Source: an uncultured bacterium (GTDB lineage Bacteria; Hydrothermota; Tepidihabitantia; SM23-42; JAOAFX01). Taken from it: a stretch of 64,000 nucleotides of DNA. Position numbers and translations under genes: made by a program. Positions 21,148 through 31,095 of the stretch are shown in pieces. Within the stretch, counting starts at the first letter, position 1. Each line of letters opens with the position of its first letter. Location of the stretch: assembly GCA_964418185.1 (NCBI GenBank), contig CAYQKL010000001.1:64409-128408 (forward strand). The letters run 5' to 3'. The notes beneath the pieces are model-generated. The model worked only from the letters and a program-made list of their open reading frames with translations. It was not told where the DNA came from and made no database searches.

Positions 21148-24100
21148 ATGAAAAAAATCTGGGTCTTTCCTGTTCTATTTGTACTGCTATTTATTGCAAT
21201 CTTTATTCTCGCAGGAACTCCACTATTCTTGAATTTTGCAAAGAATAAAATTGTATCCACAGCCCAATCCCAGGTTGGTCTACCAGTTAATATCGGCTCA
21301 TTAGAAGGAAATCTTTTTTATAATCTGAAAGTTCAAGATATAAAAATCGGCGATCTTGCCGAAATCAAATCAATCAATGTATCATACAATATATTATCCA
21401 TAATTTCCAGAAAAATAGAAATAAATTCACTGATCATAGATAGGATTTCATTGGATCTGGACAAAGCAAAGGCATTTGCACGCAATGTCACACCAAAAAA
21501 AACAGAAGAAAAAGAAAGGAGAATGCCACTTGAAATAACAATCAAAAAGATGGAGATCAATAATACGAATATCGCCAGTATAATAAATGAAAGAAATATT
21601 AGACTTCTCCTAAACATAAGGGGTGCATTAATAGACCAGACTTTTGCCATTGAACAACTGGACATCAAGACAGAAAAGTCTTATGTCATAATAAGAGGAA
21701 ATGTTCCACTAACCGAAGAAAATTCTTTCAATTTGAAATATTCATTGTTTTTGACGGTTGATGAAATAGGTATTGGACGATTAAAAGGAACGGTTCAAAG
21801 CACGGGCAATATTGAAGGAAAATTTTCAAACCCTGTGATTTCAAACAACACAGAGGTTTCCATAGACTATAGAAAAGAACAAATAAGAGGTCGTTTTCAA
21901 ATCAACTGGAAAATGCCATTTCTGGATAGTCTTGATATCAATGCAAATTTTTCAGTTCGGATGCCTGATCAGAAATTAGAACTGACATTGAAGAAGAAAT
22001 TCACGAATTTTTTTGCCGGTGTTATCTCAACCTATGGTGATATTCGTATCCCCGGCTCAATTAGTGGTTCATTTGAAGACCCGAGATTCAAAAGTCAGAT
22101 TCAGGGTGCATTAAAATTCGCCGGGTTCAAACCCAAAATCAATGGCGCTATGACCTATCATGGCAATACCCTGAATCTAAATATCAATCTGAGTGAAAAG
22201 AATTTTTCTGCCCGACTCAATGGAATACTGGATATTTTAAATTCCAAAATCATCAAAGGAGATATCGTAATAAGATGTCCTGAAATCAATCTGGTGAACA
22301 ATTTTTTGAAGGAACCAATGCCCGTTAGCGGTGCCCTGAATATGAGGGCAGAATTTGACGGCAGTTTAGATAATCCATATATCTCTAGTAAACTCACATT
22401 GCACAACGCCACTATATATAACGAAACAATCAACAAGGCGGATCTAAAATTTAGCCTCCAAAATGAATTTCTATATCTTGAAAATGGATTGATACAGAGT
22501 CCCCGTGGGCAGATCAATATCAGTGGAAATTACGGAACAAAAAATAGCAGTTTCAATTGCAGAATTTCCAGTGAGAATATAAGGTTTGAATCTCCTGAAG
22601 TTTTTGGTAATGATACAATTCCACTTAGCGGCAACATTGGATTAGATATCAATCTTTATGGTAATATATCTGATATCAATGGCTCGGGCAAGTTCTATCT
22701 TGCCAATGTTTTCTATGATAAATATAAATTTGATGATCAAAATCTTGAGTTTGAGATAAAACATAATATTGCAAATATTTGTTTATCAGATATTTCTGAA
22801 CATCTGCGACTCAATGCCTCGATTCAATTGGAAGAACCTTATCACTTTGATGCCCTGTTATCTTTAAAACATTTTGAATTTGCCCGCTATCTGGGATTAG
22901 AATCTGGATATATTTGTGGAAATATTTCAGCAAGTGGAGACATCGCCAGCCCCATCTTGAGCGAAGCGAACATTACTGTTGATACAATATCTGCAATAGC
23001 AGAAAAGAATGAAATCCATAATTCTGAACCTATATATATTGAAATACAAAATGGAATTGTTAGAATTCACAAAGCAAGCATCACAGTGCAAGACCATATA
23101 CTTTTGGTTCAAGGTCAGGTACCATTAGATAAAAGATTCGGCGATGTCAATCTAAAAATTCAAGGAGACCATATACAGATCGGCTCACTATACGCTATAT
23201 TTAGCAAGCATCAGGCACCTGGTGGATTTCTTGATGTGGCTATAGAGGTGAAAGGCGATTTGACTACCCCAAAGATAAGTGGACAGATAAATTTTGAAAA
23301 GGTGAGTTATGCACTGCCGGATATTCTGGTTGACTCGGTCTCAGGTTTGATCAAGTTTCAGAAAGACTATTTCAATATTGAATATATCAAAGGTAAGATC
23401 AATGATGGCACATTTGATATTACTGGCTTTATCAAACTTGATAAATCAGGGATTGATACAATTGCTATAAATTTAGTGATTACAAAAATTGACTATGCAA
23501 GCAAAGAATTTGGTTCGGTAATCTTGTCCAGTTCAGTCTGGTTTATTGCCAAAAAAGATTCTTACAAAATAAATGGGGAGTTAACAATTGACCAGGGAAT
23601 CTATGACCGACCATTTAACCTTCAAACAATCACTCAAATTTTGACGACTGCAAATCGTCCCAAAGAAGAGAACAAATTGCTCAAACAAATATACTGTAAT
23701 ATCGGTATAAATTCTCCAAATGGTATTAAGATTTCCAATAATATTGCAAATATTACTGTGGATCCAGATTTACAAATCAAAGGTTTGTTGTCCAGGATAA
23801 ATATCTATGGCACCGTAAAAACTTCATCACCCGGCGAAGTCAAATATCTGGGTAAAAGATTTGACATTATGAGGGCAATCATACAATTTGACAACCCCCA
23901 CCAGATAGACCCGGTTCTGGACCTTGAGGCAATGCATTCTGTATCATCAGTTGATGGCGATTATGAAATGACAATGGCGCTCACTGGAACAATTGGAAAA
24001 TGGTACCTAAAACTTTCTTCAGATCCACCTATTCCGGAACAGGATATAATAAGTCTACTATTAATTAACCGAAGAAGACCAGGGCTTTATCTTTATACTG

Positions 24101-24432
24101 AAGCAAAGGATATCAATCTCACTGGTCTGGCAAAAGATTATGCCCTTGGTTTAGCAAGGGGTACACTTGAAAGGACGGCTGAGAAATCACTGGGGTTTGA
24201 AAAATTCACAATTACGGGTGATCTACTTGAACCCAGACAATGGGATATTGGATTTGAAAAGAGAATTAACAAGAAGCTTACATTTATTTATGGCACAGGT
24301 ATAGAATCCTGGGAAGTGCGCAGGATTGGTATCAATTATGCGATCAATGATAATCTATCAATATTTACACTCCACGATCAGGAAAATATGAATTCAAGTG
24401 TGGACTTTGATTTAAACTTAAAGGTAAAATGA
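21148..24432 (+). CDS. tamB: TamB/AsmA-family translocation and assembly module protein (DUF490-like)
   Basis: 1094 aa; single N-terminal TM anchor then long beta-rich repetitive region; followed by an overlapping (ATGA) BamA/TamA-family gene. Confidence 0.65.
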   Translation: MKKIWVFPVLFVLLFIAIFILAGTPLFLNFAKNKIVSTAQSQVGLPVNIGSLEGNLFYNLKVQDIKIGDLAEIKSINVSYNILSIISRKIEINSLIIDRISLDLDKAKAFARNVTPKKTEEKERRMPLEITIKKMEINNTNIASIINERNIRLLLNIRGALIDQTFAIEQLDIKTEKSYVIIRGNVPLTEENSFNLKYSLFLTVDEIGIGRLKGTVQSTGNIEGKFSNPVISNNTEVSIDYRKEQIRGRFQINWKMPFLDSLDINANFSVRMPDQKLELTLKKKFTNFFAGVISTYGDIRIPGSISGSFEDPRFKSQIQGALKFAGFKPKINGAMTYHGNTLNLNINLSEKNFSARLNGILDILNSKIIKGDIVIRCPEINLVNNFLKEPMPVSGALNMRAEFDGSLDNPYISSKLTLHNATIYNETINKADLKFSLQNEFLYLENGLIQSPRGQINISGNYGTKNSSFNCRISSENIRFESPEVFGNDTIPLSGNIGLDINLYGNISDINGSGKFYLANVFYDKYKFDDQNLEFEIKHNIANICLSDISEHLRLNASIQLEEPYHFDALLSLKHFEFARYLGLESGYICGNISASGDIASPILSEANITVDTISAIAEKNEIHNSEPIYIEIQNGIVRIHKASITVQDHILLVQGQVPLDKRFGDVNLKIQGDHIQIGSLYAIFSKHQAPGGFLDVAIEVKGDLTTPKISGQINFEKVSYALPDILVDSVSGLIKFQKDYFNIEYIKGKINDGTFDITGFIKLDKSGIDTIAINLVITKIDYASKEFGSVILSSSVWFIAKKDSYKINGELTIDQGIYDRPFNLQTITQILTTANRPKEENKLLKQIYCNIGINSPNGIKISNNIANITVDPDLQIKGLLSRINIYGTVKTSSPGEVKYLGKRFDIMRAIIQFDNPHQIDPVLDLEAMHSVSSVDGDYEMTMALTGTIGKWYLKLSSDPPIPEQDIISLLLINRRRPGLYLYTEAKDINLTGLAKDYALGLARGTLERTAEKSLGFEKFTITGDLLEPRQWDIGFEKRINKKLTFIYGTGIESWEVRRIGINYAINDNLSIFTLHDQENMNSSVDFDLNLKVK

Positions 24433-25028
24433 ATCTTCTTATCTTCTTGATATTCCTTCAAGGTGATTTCAGAGTAAAAGAAATAAATATCCAGGGCAAT
24501 AGTTATCTTGAGGAAAAGGCGATAAAAAATATTATGTTCACAAAGACAAAATCACTCTTTCGGAAAGGAAAATTTATCTCCCAAATCTATGGCAGTGATA
24601 TTCTGGCAATAAAGAATCTATATGATTATAACGGATTTCTTGAGAACGAAATCACAGATAGTTTGATATTTGACAGCACGCAGAAACTTGTGGAGATTAA
24701 TATAATAATCAAAGAAGGCATTCAGACCGTTATCAAGGAAATTGAATTTGAAGGGAACAAACTATTTTCTGATCAATTTTTGAAAGAAAAAATAACCACA
24801 AAATCTGAAAAACCATTTGACCGAAGAAAATTTGAGATTGATAATTATGTTATCACCTCTCTATATGATAACATTGGATATACCGAAATTCAAATAAAGA
24901 ACGGGCATATTATAAATGACCACCAGGCAAAGATTGTATATGATATTACTGAAGGAGAAAAGCAGTTTGTTGAGGCAATTGAAATTACTGGTTTGAACCG
25001 GACACGAGAAGATATTGTGCGCAAATAG
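24429..25028 (+). CDS. tamA: TamA/BamA-family outer membrane protein, N-terminal POTRA fragment (terminated by in-frame TAG)
   Basis: POTRA-like sequence. It ends with ...ITGLNRTREDIVRK then TAG at 25026-25028, and the reading frame continues in the same frame as the next ORF. Confidence 0.55.
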   Translation: MNLLIFLIFLQGDFRVKEINIQGNSYLEEKAIKNIMFTKTKSLFRKGKFISQIYGSDILAIKNLYDYNGFLENEITDSLIFDSTQKLVEINIIIKEGIQTVIKEIEFEGNKLFSDQFLKEKITTKSEKPFDRRKFEIDNYVITSLYDNIGYTEIQIKNGHIINDHQAKIVYDITEGEKQFVEAIEITGLNRTREDIVRK

Positions 25029-25034
25029 CTTACC

Positions 25035-26153
25035 TTGAAACCACAGGATATATTCTGTTATGCAAACATTCTAAAAAGCCGACGCAACCTCGCCAACCTC
25101 GGCATCTTCAATTCAATCAGAACCCAGACAAAAAATGGTTCAAAAACAAATTATAAAATTATCCAATTTATTTTTTCCGAGAAGGAAAGGATTGTATTAA
25201 ACCTTCGCCTTGGCTATGGGACCAGAGATTATCTACGATTCGGTGCCGGGCTTACCCATCTCAATATATTGGGCAGAGCCTGTCAAGGAAGGGTTGAAGG
25301 TAAAATAAGTTTTGCTGAGTATCGTCTAAATTCCGAAATCATTTTTCCAAAATTTATCCTGTTCCCGGTACGATACCGTATCGGATCGTTCTATCAATTT
25401 AAGAAGGAGATTGGATTTAAATCCCGGCATATTGGTTTGTATAACGAATTCCGATTCAATTTATTAACCGGCTCATTCTCAACGAAATACAATGTTGAAA
25501 ACATACGGACATATTTTCCCATTGAGAACAATAGTCAAAGCGATAGTATCAAGAACGATTGGCTACACGGAGTTACACTAACCTGGTTGAGAGACAAAAG
25601 AGACGACCCGATATTCGCCAATGCCGGTAATTATACAAATCTCACCATAGAAACAAGTGGAATAATTATGCCCGCCGATGTAAACTATGTGAAACCAACA
25701 GTTGAACAAAGATTCTTCAAACCATTCTTACCAGTAGTCCTTGGCATCTCATTTAAAGCCGGGACAATTCAGGCAATAGCGCCCTCATCAGAAATTCCAG
25801 TCTATAAGCGATTCTATTGTGGCGGCACTACTTCGGTCCGGGGCTATTCAGACTGGTCAATCGGTCCAGAAGATAGTAAGGGAAATCCGCTTGGTGGTAA
25901 AGTCTTGTTTGAAACATCATTAGAATTCAGATTTCCAATCTATAAGATACTCGGTGGAGTATTTTTCATTGATGGAGGAAATGTCTGGACGGAAATTGAC
26001 AATATCAAATTGAATTTGAGATGGGCACTTGGTCCGGGTTTGAGACTGCGTACACCCCTGGGTAGTCTGCGCCTTGATTACGGCATAAAACTAATGCCAG
26101 AAACCAATGAATCATCCGGCGCCTTACACTTCGCAATCGGCGAGGCATTTTGA
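25035..26153 (+). CDS. tamA: TamA/BamA-family outer membrane protein, C-terminal part (rest of POTRA plus Omp85 beta-barrel)
   Basis: Begins LKPQDIFCYANILKSRRNLANLGIF, the continuation of the same POTRA motif. Omp85/surface-antigen barrel with terminal aromatic (…AIGEAF). Same frame as 24429-25028. Confidence 0.6.
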   Translation: MKPQDIFCYANILKSRRNLANLGIFNSIRTQTKNGSKTNYKIIQFIFSEKERIVLNLRLGYGTRDYLRFGAGLTHLNILGRACQGRVEGKISFAEYRLNSEIIFPKFILFPVRYRIGSFYQFKKEIGFKSRHIGLYNEFRFNLLTGSFSTKYNVENIRTYFPIENNSQSDSIKNDWLHGVTLTWLRDKRDDPIFANAGNYTNLTIETSGIIMPADVNYVKPTVEQRFFKPFLPVVLGISFKAGTIQAIAPSSEIPVYKRFYCGGTTSVRGYSDWSIGPEDSKGNPLGGKVLFETSLEFRFPIYKILGGVFFIDGGNVWTEIDNIKLNLRWALGPGLRLRTPLGSLRLDYGIKLMPETNESSGALHFAIGEAF

Positions 26154-26206
26154 GCCTATGCTTTTCTATCTTTTTCTGAACCTATTGACGGTCTAAAGAA
26201 GATTTT

Positions 26207-26238
26207 AACATTTCAAAATTTTGAAATCTTGAAATGTT
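26207..26238. promoter_or_regulatory. nested palindrome AACATTTCAA-N12-TTGAAATGTT containing perfect 12-bp palindrome TCAAAATTTTGA; candidate operator upstream of hypF
   Basis: Direct inspection; 10-bp arms plus inner perfect palindrome; a TTGAAAT direct repeat overlaps it. Confidence 0.3.
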
Positions 26239-26381
26239 GTTGCGGGAATAATCTTCTCGCCCTCTTGCGTACCCTTTGTAATGTAGTAATGTAGTGTCCG
26301 ACTTTAATGAGATAACAACATTTTCCTGAGGCAGAAAGTAATCAAGTCTCTACTCCCGAAGTTCTGTTCTCTGCTAAGACC

Positions 26382-26409
26382 TTGATAATTGCTGGTTGAT
26401 AAGTATAAT
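26382..26409 (+). promoter_or_regulatory. sigma70-like promoter TTGATA-N16-TATAAT, 5 nt upstream of the hypF ATG (leaderless)
   Basis: Hexamers at 26382-26387 and 26404-26409; ATG at 26415. Confidence 0.45.
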
Positions 26410-26414
26410 ACTCA

Positions 26415-28823
26415 ATGCCAAGAAATCAGATCCAGATAAAAGGGATTGTCCAGGGTGTGGGATTCAGACCATTTGTTTACCGACTGGCAAAAAGTCTGCA
26501 CCTTGCCGGCTTTGTAAGAAATACCTCCTCTGGCGTGGAGATTGAAATAGAGGGTGAAAACAACAAAATCAGAGAATTTTTGAAAAAACTCTGGCTTGAG
26601 AAACCAAGAGCGTCAATAATTGAAAGAATAACGGCCAAAAATATTCCCGCAAAGAAGGAAAATAATTTTTTCATCAAAGAAAGTAAACTTACCAAAGGCT
26701 TCACCCAGGTCTCTCCGGATATTGCAACCTGCGAGGATTGTCTCAAAGAGTTCTTCCAATTTAAAGACCGCAGATTCAGATTTCCTTTTATCAATTGCAC
26801 GAATTGCGGACCAAGATATTCAATAATCTACAATACACCCTATGACCGCAAACAGACCTCAATGAGGGAATTCAAGATGTGTCCTGAATGTAACAAAGAA
26901 TTTGAAGATGTTCATAACCGCAGGTTCCATGCCCAGCCTGATTGCTGTTTCTTATGTGGTCCTGAATTTTCTCTATACAAAATTGATGGCACAAAGATTA
27001 TAACCAATAATCCAGTTGATGAAGCCATAAAATTGCTCAAGAATGGTAAAATCATTGCCATTAAAGGTATTGGTGGATTCCATATTGCCTGCGATGCTAC
27101 AAATTGCCCGACGGTAAGAAGATTAAGAATTTTGAAAAATAGACCGACAAAGCCCTTTGCAATAATGACTGAAGAAAAATATTTAAACAGAATAGTCAGC
27201 ATAAATCCTGCGGAAAGGGATATATTGAAATCACCAATTGCACCAATTATGCTTTTGGAAAAGAAGAAAAGTGTAGTATGTGATGAAGTTGCTCCTAATA
27301 ATCCATACCTTGGTGTGATGCTACCCTATGCACCTGTCCATTATCTACTATTAGAGAGAATCCCCTATCTTGTGATGACCAGTGGCAATATTGTTGATGA
27401 GCCACTGGTAAAGGATGACGGAGAAGTCAGAACCAAATTGAAAAGGATGACTTCATTCTATTTTACCCATAATCGTGAAATCATAAATCGGTGCGATGAC
27501 TCAGTCGGGTTTTTTCTTAAAGGCCGCGGATTCTCAATCATCCGCCGTTCAAGAGGGTATGTGCCGGTGCCGATTGAATTGCCATTCAGTGTTCAACCTA
27601 CCCTTGCCGTCGGCCCATATCTAAAGAATACATTCACACTTGCGGAAAAAAAGAGTGCCTATGTCTCGCCCCATATTGGTGACCTGGATAATTTTGAAAC
27701 CCTGAATTTCTTTAATGAAATGGTTGAAAAATATAAGAGGTGGTTCAAGATTGAACCCGAATTGATCGTCCACGATTTGCACCCGGACTATCTTTCCACA
27801 AAGATTGCGTATCAATACTTTAATCGTGAACCGTTTAGCGTGAACCGAATAAACAAGATCAGCAAACGGTCAACGGTAAAGGGTAAACGAATTGTGGGGG
27901 TCCAGCACCACATTGCCCATATCATCTCCTGCCTCGCAGAGAATAAAATCTATGATAAAGCAATCGGCATTGCCTTTGATGGTACAGGATTTGGTCTTGA
28001 TGGAAATATCTGGGGTAGTGAGTTCTTTGTTGGCGATACAAAAGAGTTGAAACGGGTTGCCCATCTTGAATATCTACCCCTGCCTGGCGGTGAAGAGAGT
28101 ATAAAAAAACCTTATAGAATTGCAATTGCCTATCTTTTCAAACTCTTTGGTCCAATCCCCAGAATTTCCTCTCTTACTGCTCATTCAAAAGAAATCCAGG
28201 CAATCCAACAAATGATTGATAATAACTATAATCTTGCCTATACATCAAGTATGGGCAGGTTATTTGACTGCGTCTCAGCACTGCTTGGCATCACACAGGA
28301 GATAACCTATGAGGCAGAGGCAGCAATAAACTTAGAATATATTGCAGCAAAAAATATTAAAAACTTCTATTCATATAAAATTGTTGAAAGAGTAAAGGGA
28401 CATCTTTGTCATGCTGAACGAAGTGAAAAATCTAATATAGAAATGAAACCTGATGTAGCCTCACCCTTCAGGTCAGATGGTAAGAATGAAGCAGTGCATT
28501 TTATCCTTTGTATTTCAGAAATCCTGCAAGGCATAATCAACGATTTGAAAAAAGGGATTGGTAAAGATATTATTTCAGCAAAATTTCACAATACCGTGGT
28601 TCAATTCTCCCTTGACATCGCAAGGATGTTGCGTAAGATTTATGGCGTGGATAAGGTTGCTTTATCAGGCGGTGTCTTTCAGAACCGCTACTTATTGAAT
28701 TTGATGATAAGAAGGCTGGAAGATAACAACTTTGAAATATATACCCATCACAAACTGCCCACGAATGATGGCTGTATCTCGTATGGACAGGTGATTTATG
28801 GAAATATTGTATCCAAACTATAA
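26415..28823 (+). CDS. hypF: [NiFe]-hydrogenase maturation carbamoyltransferase HypF
   Basis: 802 aa. N-terminal acylphosphatase domain (GIVQGVGFRPFVYRLA), two Zn-finger CxxC pairs (CEDC...CTNCGPRYSII; CPEC...CFLCGPEFS), YrdC-like and Kae1-like domains. Confidence 0.85.
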   Translation: MPRNQIQIKGIVQGVGFRPFVYRLAKSLHLAGFVRNTSSGVEIEIEGENNKIREFLKKLWLEKPRASIIERITAKNIPAKKENNFFIKESKLTKGFTQVSPDIATCEDCLKEFFQFKDRRFRFPFINCTNCGPRYSIIYNTPYDRKQTSMREFKMCPECNKEFEDVHNRRFHAQPDCCFLCGPEFSLYKIDGTKIITNNPVDEAIKLLKNGKIIAIKGIGGFHIACDATNCPTVRRLRILKNRPTKPFAIMTEEKYLNRIVSINPAERDILKSPIAPIMLLEKKKSVVCDEVAPNNPYLGVMLPYAPVHYLLLERIPYLVMTSGNIVDEPLVKDDGEVRTKLKRMTSFYFTHNREIINRCDDSVGFFLKGRGFSIIRRSRGYVPVPIELPFSVQPTLAVGPYLKNTFTLAEKKSAYVSPHIGDLDNFETLNFFNEMVEKYKRWFKIEPELIVHDLHPDYLSTKIAYQYFNREPFSVNRINKISKRSTVKGKRIVGVQHHIAHIISCLAENKIYDKAIGIAFDGTGFGLDGNIWGSEFFVGDTKELKRVAHLEYLPLPGGEESIKKPYRIAIAYLFKLFGPIPRISSLTAHSKEIQAIQQMIDNNYNLAYTSSMGRLFDCVSALLGITQEITYEAEAAINLEYIAAKNIKNFYSYKIVERVKGHLCHAERSEKSNIEMKPDVASPFRSDGKNEAVHFILCISEILQGIINDLKKGIGKDIISAKFHNTVVQFSLDIARMLRKIYGVDKVALSGGVFQNRYLLNLMIRRLEDNNFEIYTHHKLPTNDGCISYGQVIYGNIVSKL

Positions 28824-28937
28824 ATCCGAAACACGAAATCCGAAACAAATTCCAAATCCTGAATTCTACCATTCTCCAAGACATTTAAATTGGGGGTTGA
28901 CTTTTGGATATTGTGATTTAAATGAAGTGAGGCCACT

Positions 28938-29156
28938 TTGTGTTTAGCCGTCGTTGGTAAGATAGAAAAGATTGAAGGTGATACGGCGATTGCCGAGATT
29001 ATGGGCGTGCGCCGGGAAATCTCTATTGTTCTCACGCCCGAGGTAAAGGTCGGTGATTACGTGATGATCCACGCCGGCTTTGCCATCAATCCAGTTGACG
29101 AGAAAGAAGCCAAAGAGACCGAAAAAATCCTCAGAGAGGTTGCAAAATATTCATAG
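28938..29156 (+). CDS. hypC: hydrogenase maturation factor HypC/HupF
   Basis: 72 aa beginning MCLAV (conserved N-terminal Cys2) with a HypC-like beta-barrel sequence. Confidence 0.75.
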   Translation: MCLAVVGKIEKIEGDTAIAEIMGVRREISIVLTPEVKVGDYVMIHAGFAINPVDEKEAKETEKILREVAKYS

Positions 29157-29180
29157 TTAAAAAGCGTCGTAGATAGATAA

Positions 29181-30734
29181 TTACAACTTAATCAATTTGG
29201 CACATCCGATCAGCACCTCATCTGCTAACACTGCACAAAAGTATACGCCCTGGGAAACACTTTGCAGATCAGCACTTGCTATCCTCACAGATTGCGCTTG
29301 TACTGGATATGAATTCTTATGGATGATTTTACCGCAGGCATCATATATCACAACCTTTACCGTCGAAAGGATAGGACGATTTATCTTCAGTTCAATGGTA
29401 TTTGAGAAAAAAATCGGCCGGGCGGTAACACCGCCATTTGAAAGACTGTAGAACACGACATCATCCACTCCAAAAATTAGGTTACGGTAGATTTGCAATC
29501 CGGCACGGTGGCAAGCACACGCAATATAGTTGACGCCTAATGCCGCTAAACCAAAGGCATAATCGGGCGTCTGATAATGGCCCACTTCATATGGACTGTA
29601 AGGATTATTCACATTGATAACTCTCAAGCCACCGCTACCATCCGCCATATAACAATAGGAACCAACAACTGTTACATCACAAGTCCAACCTGAGGAACTT
29701 AGATTACCAACCAGCACAGGATTTGTTGGATTAGAAACATCAATTATGACTAATCCATTATTATCATCTGCAACATAGGCATAAGAACCAGTGACGAAAA
29801 CACTTCGGGCAGAACCCGCTGTATTATATGAACCAACTAATACCGGGTTTGCAGGATTATTGATGTTGATAATCTGCAATCCCTCAGAAAAATCGGCAAC
29901 ATAAGCGTACGAACCAGCAACAAATACTCCATATGAGTAACCAGGGGTATCATAATAACCGACCTCAACTGGATTAACAGGGTTTGCAATGTTTATCACC
30001 CGTAGTCCGTAGTAGTCGTCTGCCACGTATGCATAATTGCCAACAACATAAATCCCTCGTGCCCACCCTGGAGTAACCAACGAACCAGTTTCATAGGGGT
30101 TTGCTGGATTTGCCACATTAATTATTCTAATTCCGGATGGACCGTCAGCAACATAAGCATAAGAACCAACCACATCAATCTTGTAAGCCGTACCAGGCGT
30201 ATTACACGACCCGATCAATACAGGGTTGGCAGGATTACTGATATTAACAATTTGAATTCCGGCTCCTCCGTCAGCTATGTAAGCATAGGATCCTATAACC
30301 ACAACACCATAAGCGCGGTCCGAGGTATATAAGAAACCGATTCGTGAAGGTGAATTTACATTTGATAAGTTCCAGATTTCAAGACCCCCTAAACCGGTGG
30401 CGATGTAAAGAACTTGGTTAGTAGCAACATAAGACAAACCGCTTACCAGGCCACGCGTTTTAAATCGTGCTATTTCAATCGGATTATTCGGGTCGGTATC
30501 ATCAATTATTACTACACCACCGCCCGTAGAGGCGTACACATAATTACGTGCATTGTCGTGGACAATTGTTATAGCAGGTCCGTAGGGCCAATTGCCTATA
30601 AACCGCACATTCAGAGAATCAAAATCAGTAATTTGTGACTTAATGAAATTATCGCTCGACGAGGCTAACAACAAAATTGGCGTTATGCAGATCAACCAGA
30701 GCAAACAATATATCTGACTTCGTTTATTCATCAT
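29181..30734 (-). CDS. secreted LVIVD-repeat beta-propeller protein with T9SS C-terminal sorting domain
   Basis: Signal peptide. About eight ~42-aa repeats (GSYAYVAD..GL.IIN.SNPANPV.VG.Y.T.G). C-terminal ~80 aa Por/T9SS CTD pattern (TIELKI...VKVVIYDACGKII...GVYFCAV...KLIKL). Confidence 0.7.
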   Translation of the reverse strand: MMNKRSQIYCLLWLICITPILLLASSSDNFIKSQITDFDSLNVRFIGNWPYGPAITIVHDNARNYVYASTGGGVVIIDDTDPNNPIEIARFKTRGLVSGLSYVATNQVLYIATGLGGLEIWNLSNVNSPSRIGFLYTSDRAYGVVVIGSYAYIADGGAGIQIVNISNPANPVLIGSCNTPGTAYKIDVVGSYAYVADGPSGIRIINVANPANPYETGSLVTPGWARGIYVVGNYAYVADDYYGLRVINIANPVNPVEVGYYDTPGYSYGVFVAGSYAYVADFSEGLQIININNPANPVLVGSYNTAGSARSVFVTGSYAYVADDNNGLVIIDVSNPTNPVLVGNLSSSGWTCDVTVVGSYCYMADGSGGLRVINVNNPYSPYEVGHYQTPDYAFGLAALGVNYIACACHRAGLQIYRNLIFGVDDVVFYSLSNGGVTARPIFFSNTIELKINRPILSTVKVVIYDACGKIIHKNSYPVQAQSVRIASADLQSVSQGVYFCAVLADEVLIGCAKLIKL

Positions 30735-31095
30735 ATTTCCTCCTATTCTTTATTACATCATCATATCGCATATAGTATCAATTCATATTCATTTTTGGGA
30801 ATCTCAATGCTAAAGATACCCATAAGGTAATTTTTAGGCATGCCCGATAGGTCTTCAGTGACCCAATTCAAACATCATATTTTTTTGCTTACTACTTCTA
30901 TTCAGGTCCCTGAAAAGTCCGTTATTCTGATAACAGACACCAAACAGGAACACATGCCTGTCTTTCATAATTACAAAAGGTATTCTTTTATAGTAAATTA
31001 TATTCCGAATCTTAATGATGTCAAGACTTTTTTGCTGAAAATCTTTATAAAAAAACAACCTATTTGAGACAACTCCACTATGTTATATTTTCCAA

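Noticed and set aside
25026-25028. Amber codon in tamA as programmed recoding (pyrrolysine or a suppressor-decoded codon)
   Set aside because: No pyl genes or other recoded ambers in 57 genes. A single nonsense mutation or sequencing error is far more parsimonious.
29600-30400. DNA-level periodicity inside the LVIVD gene
   Set aside because: It is explained by the ~126-bp protein repeat (LVIVD propeller blades). It is not a separate non-coding repeat or mobile element.
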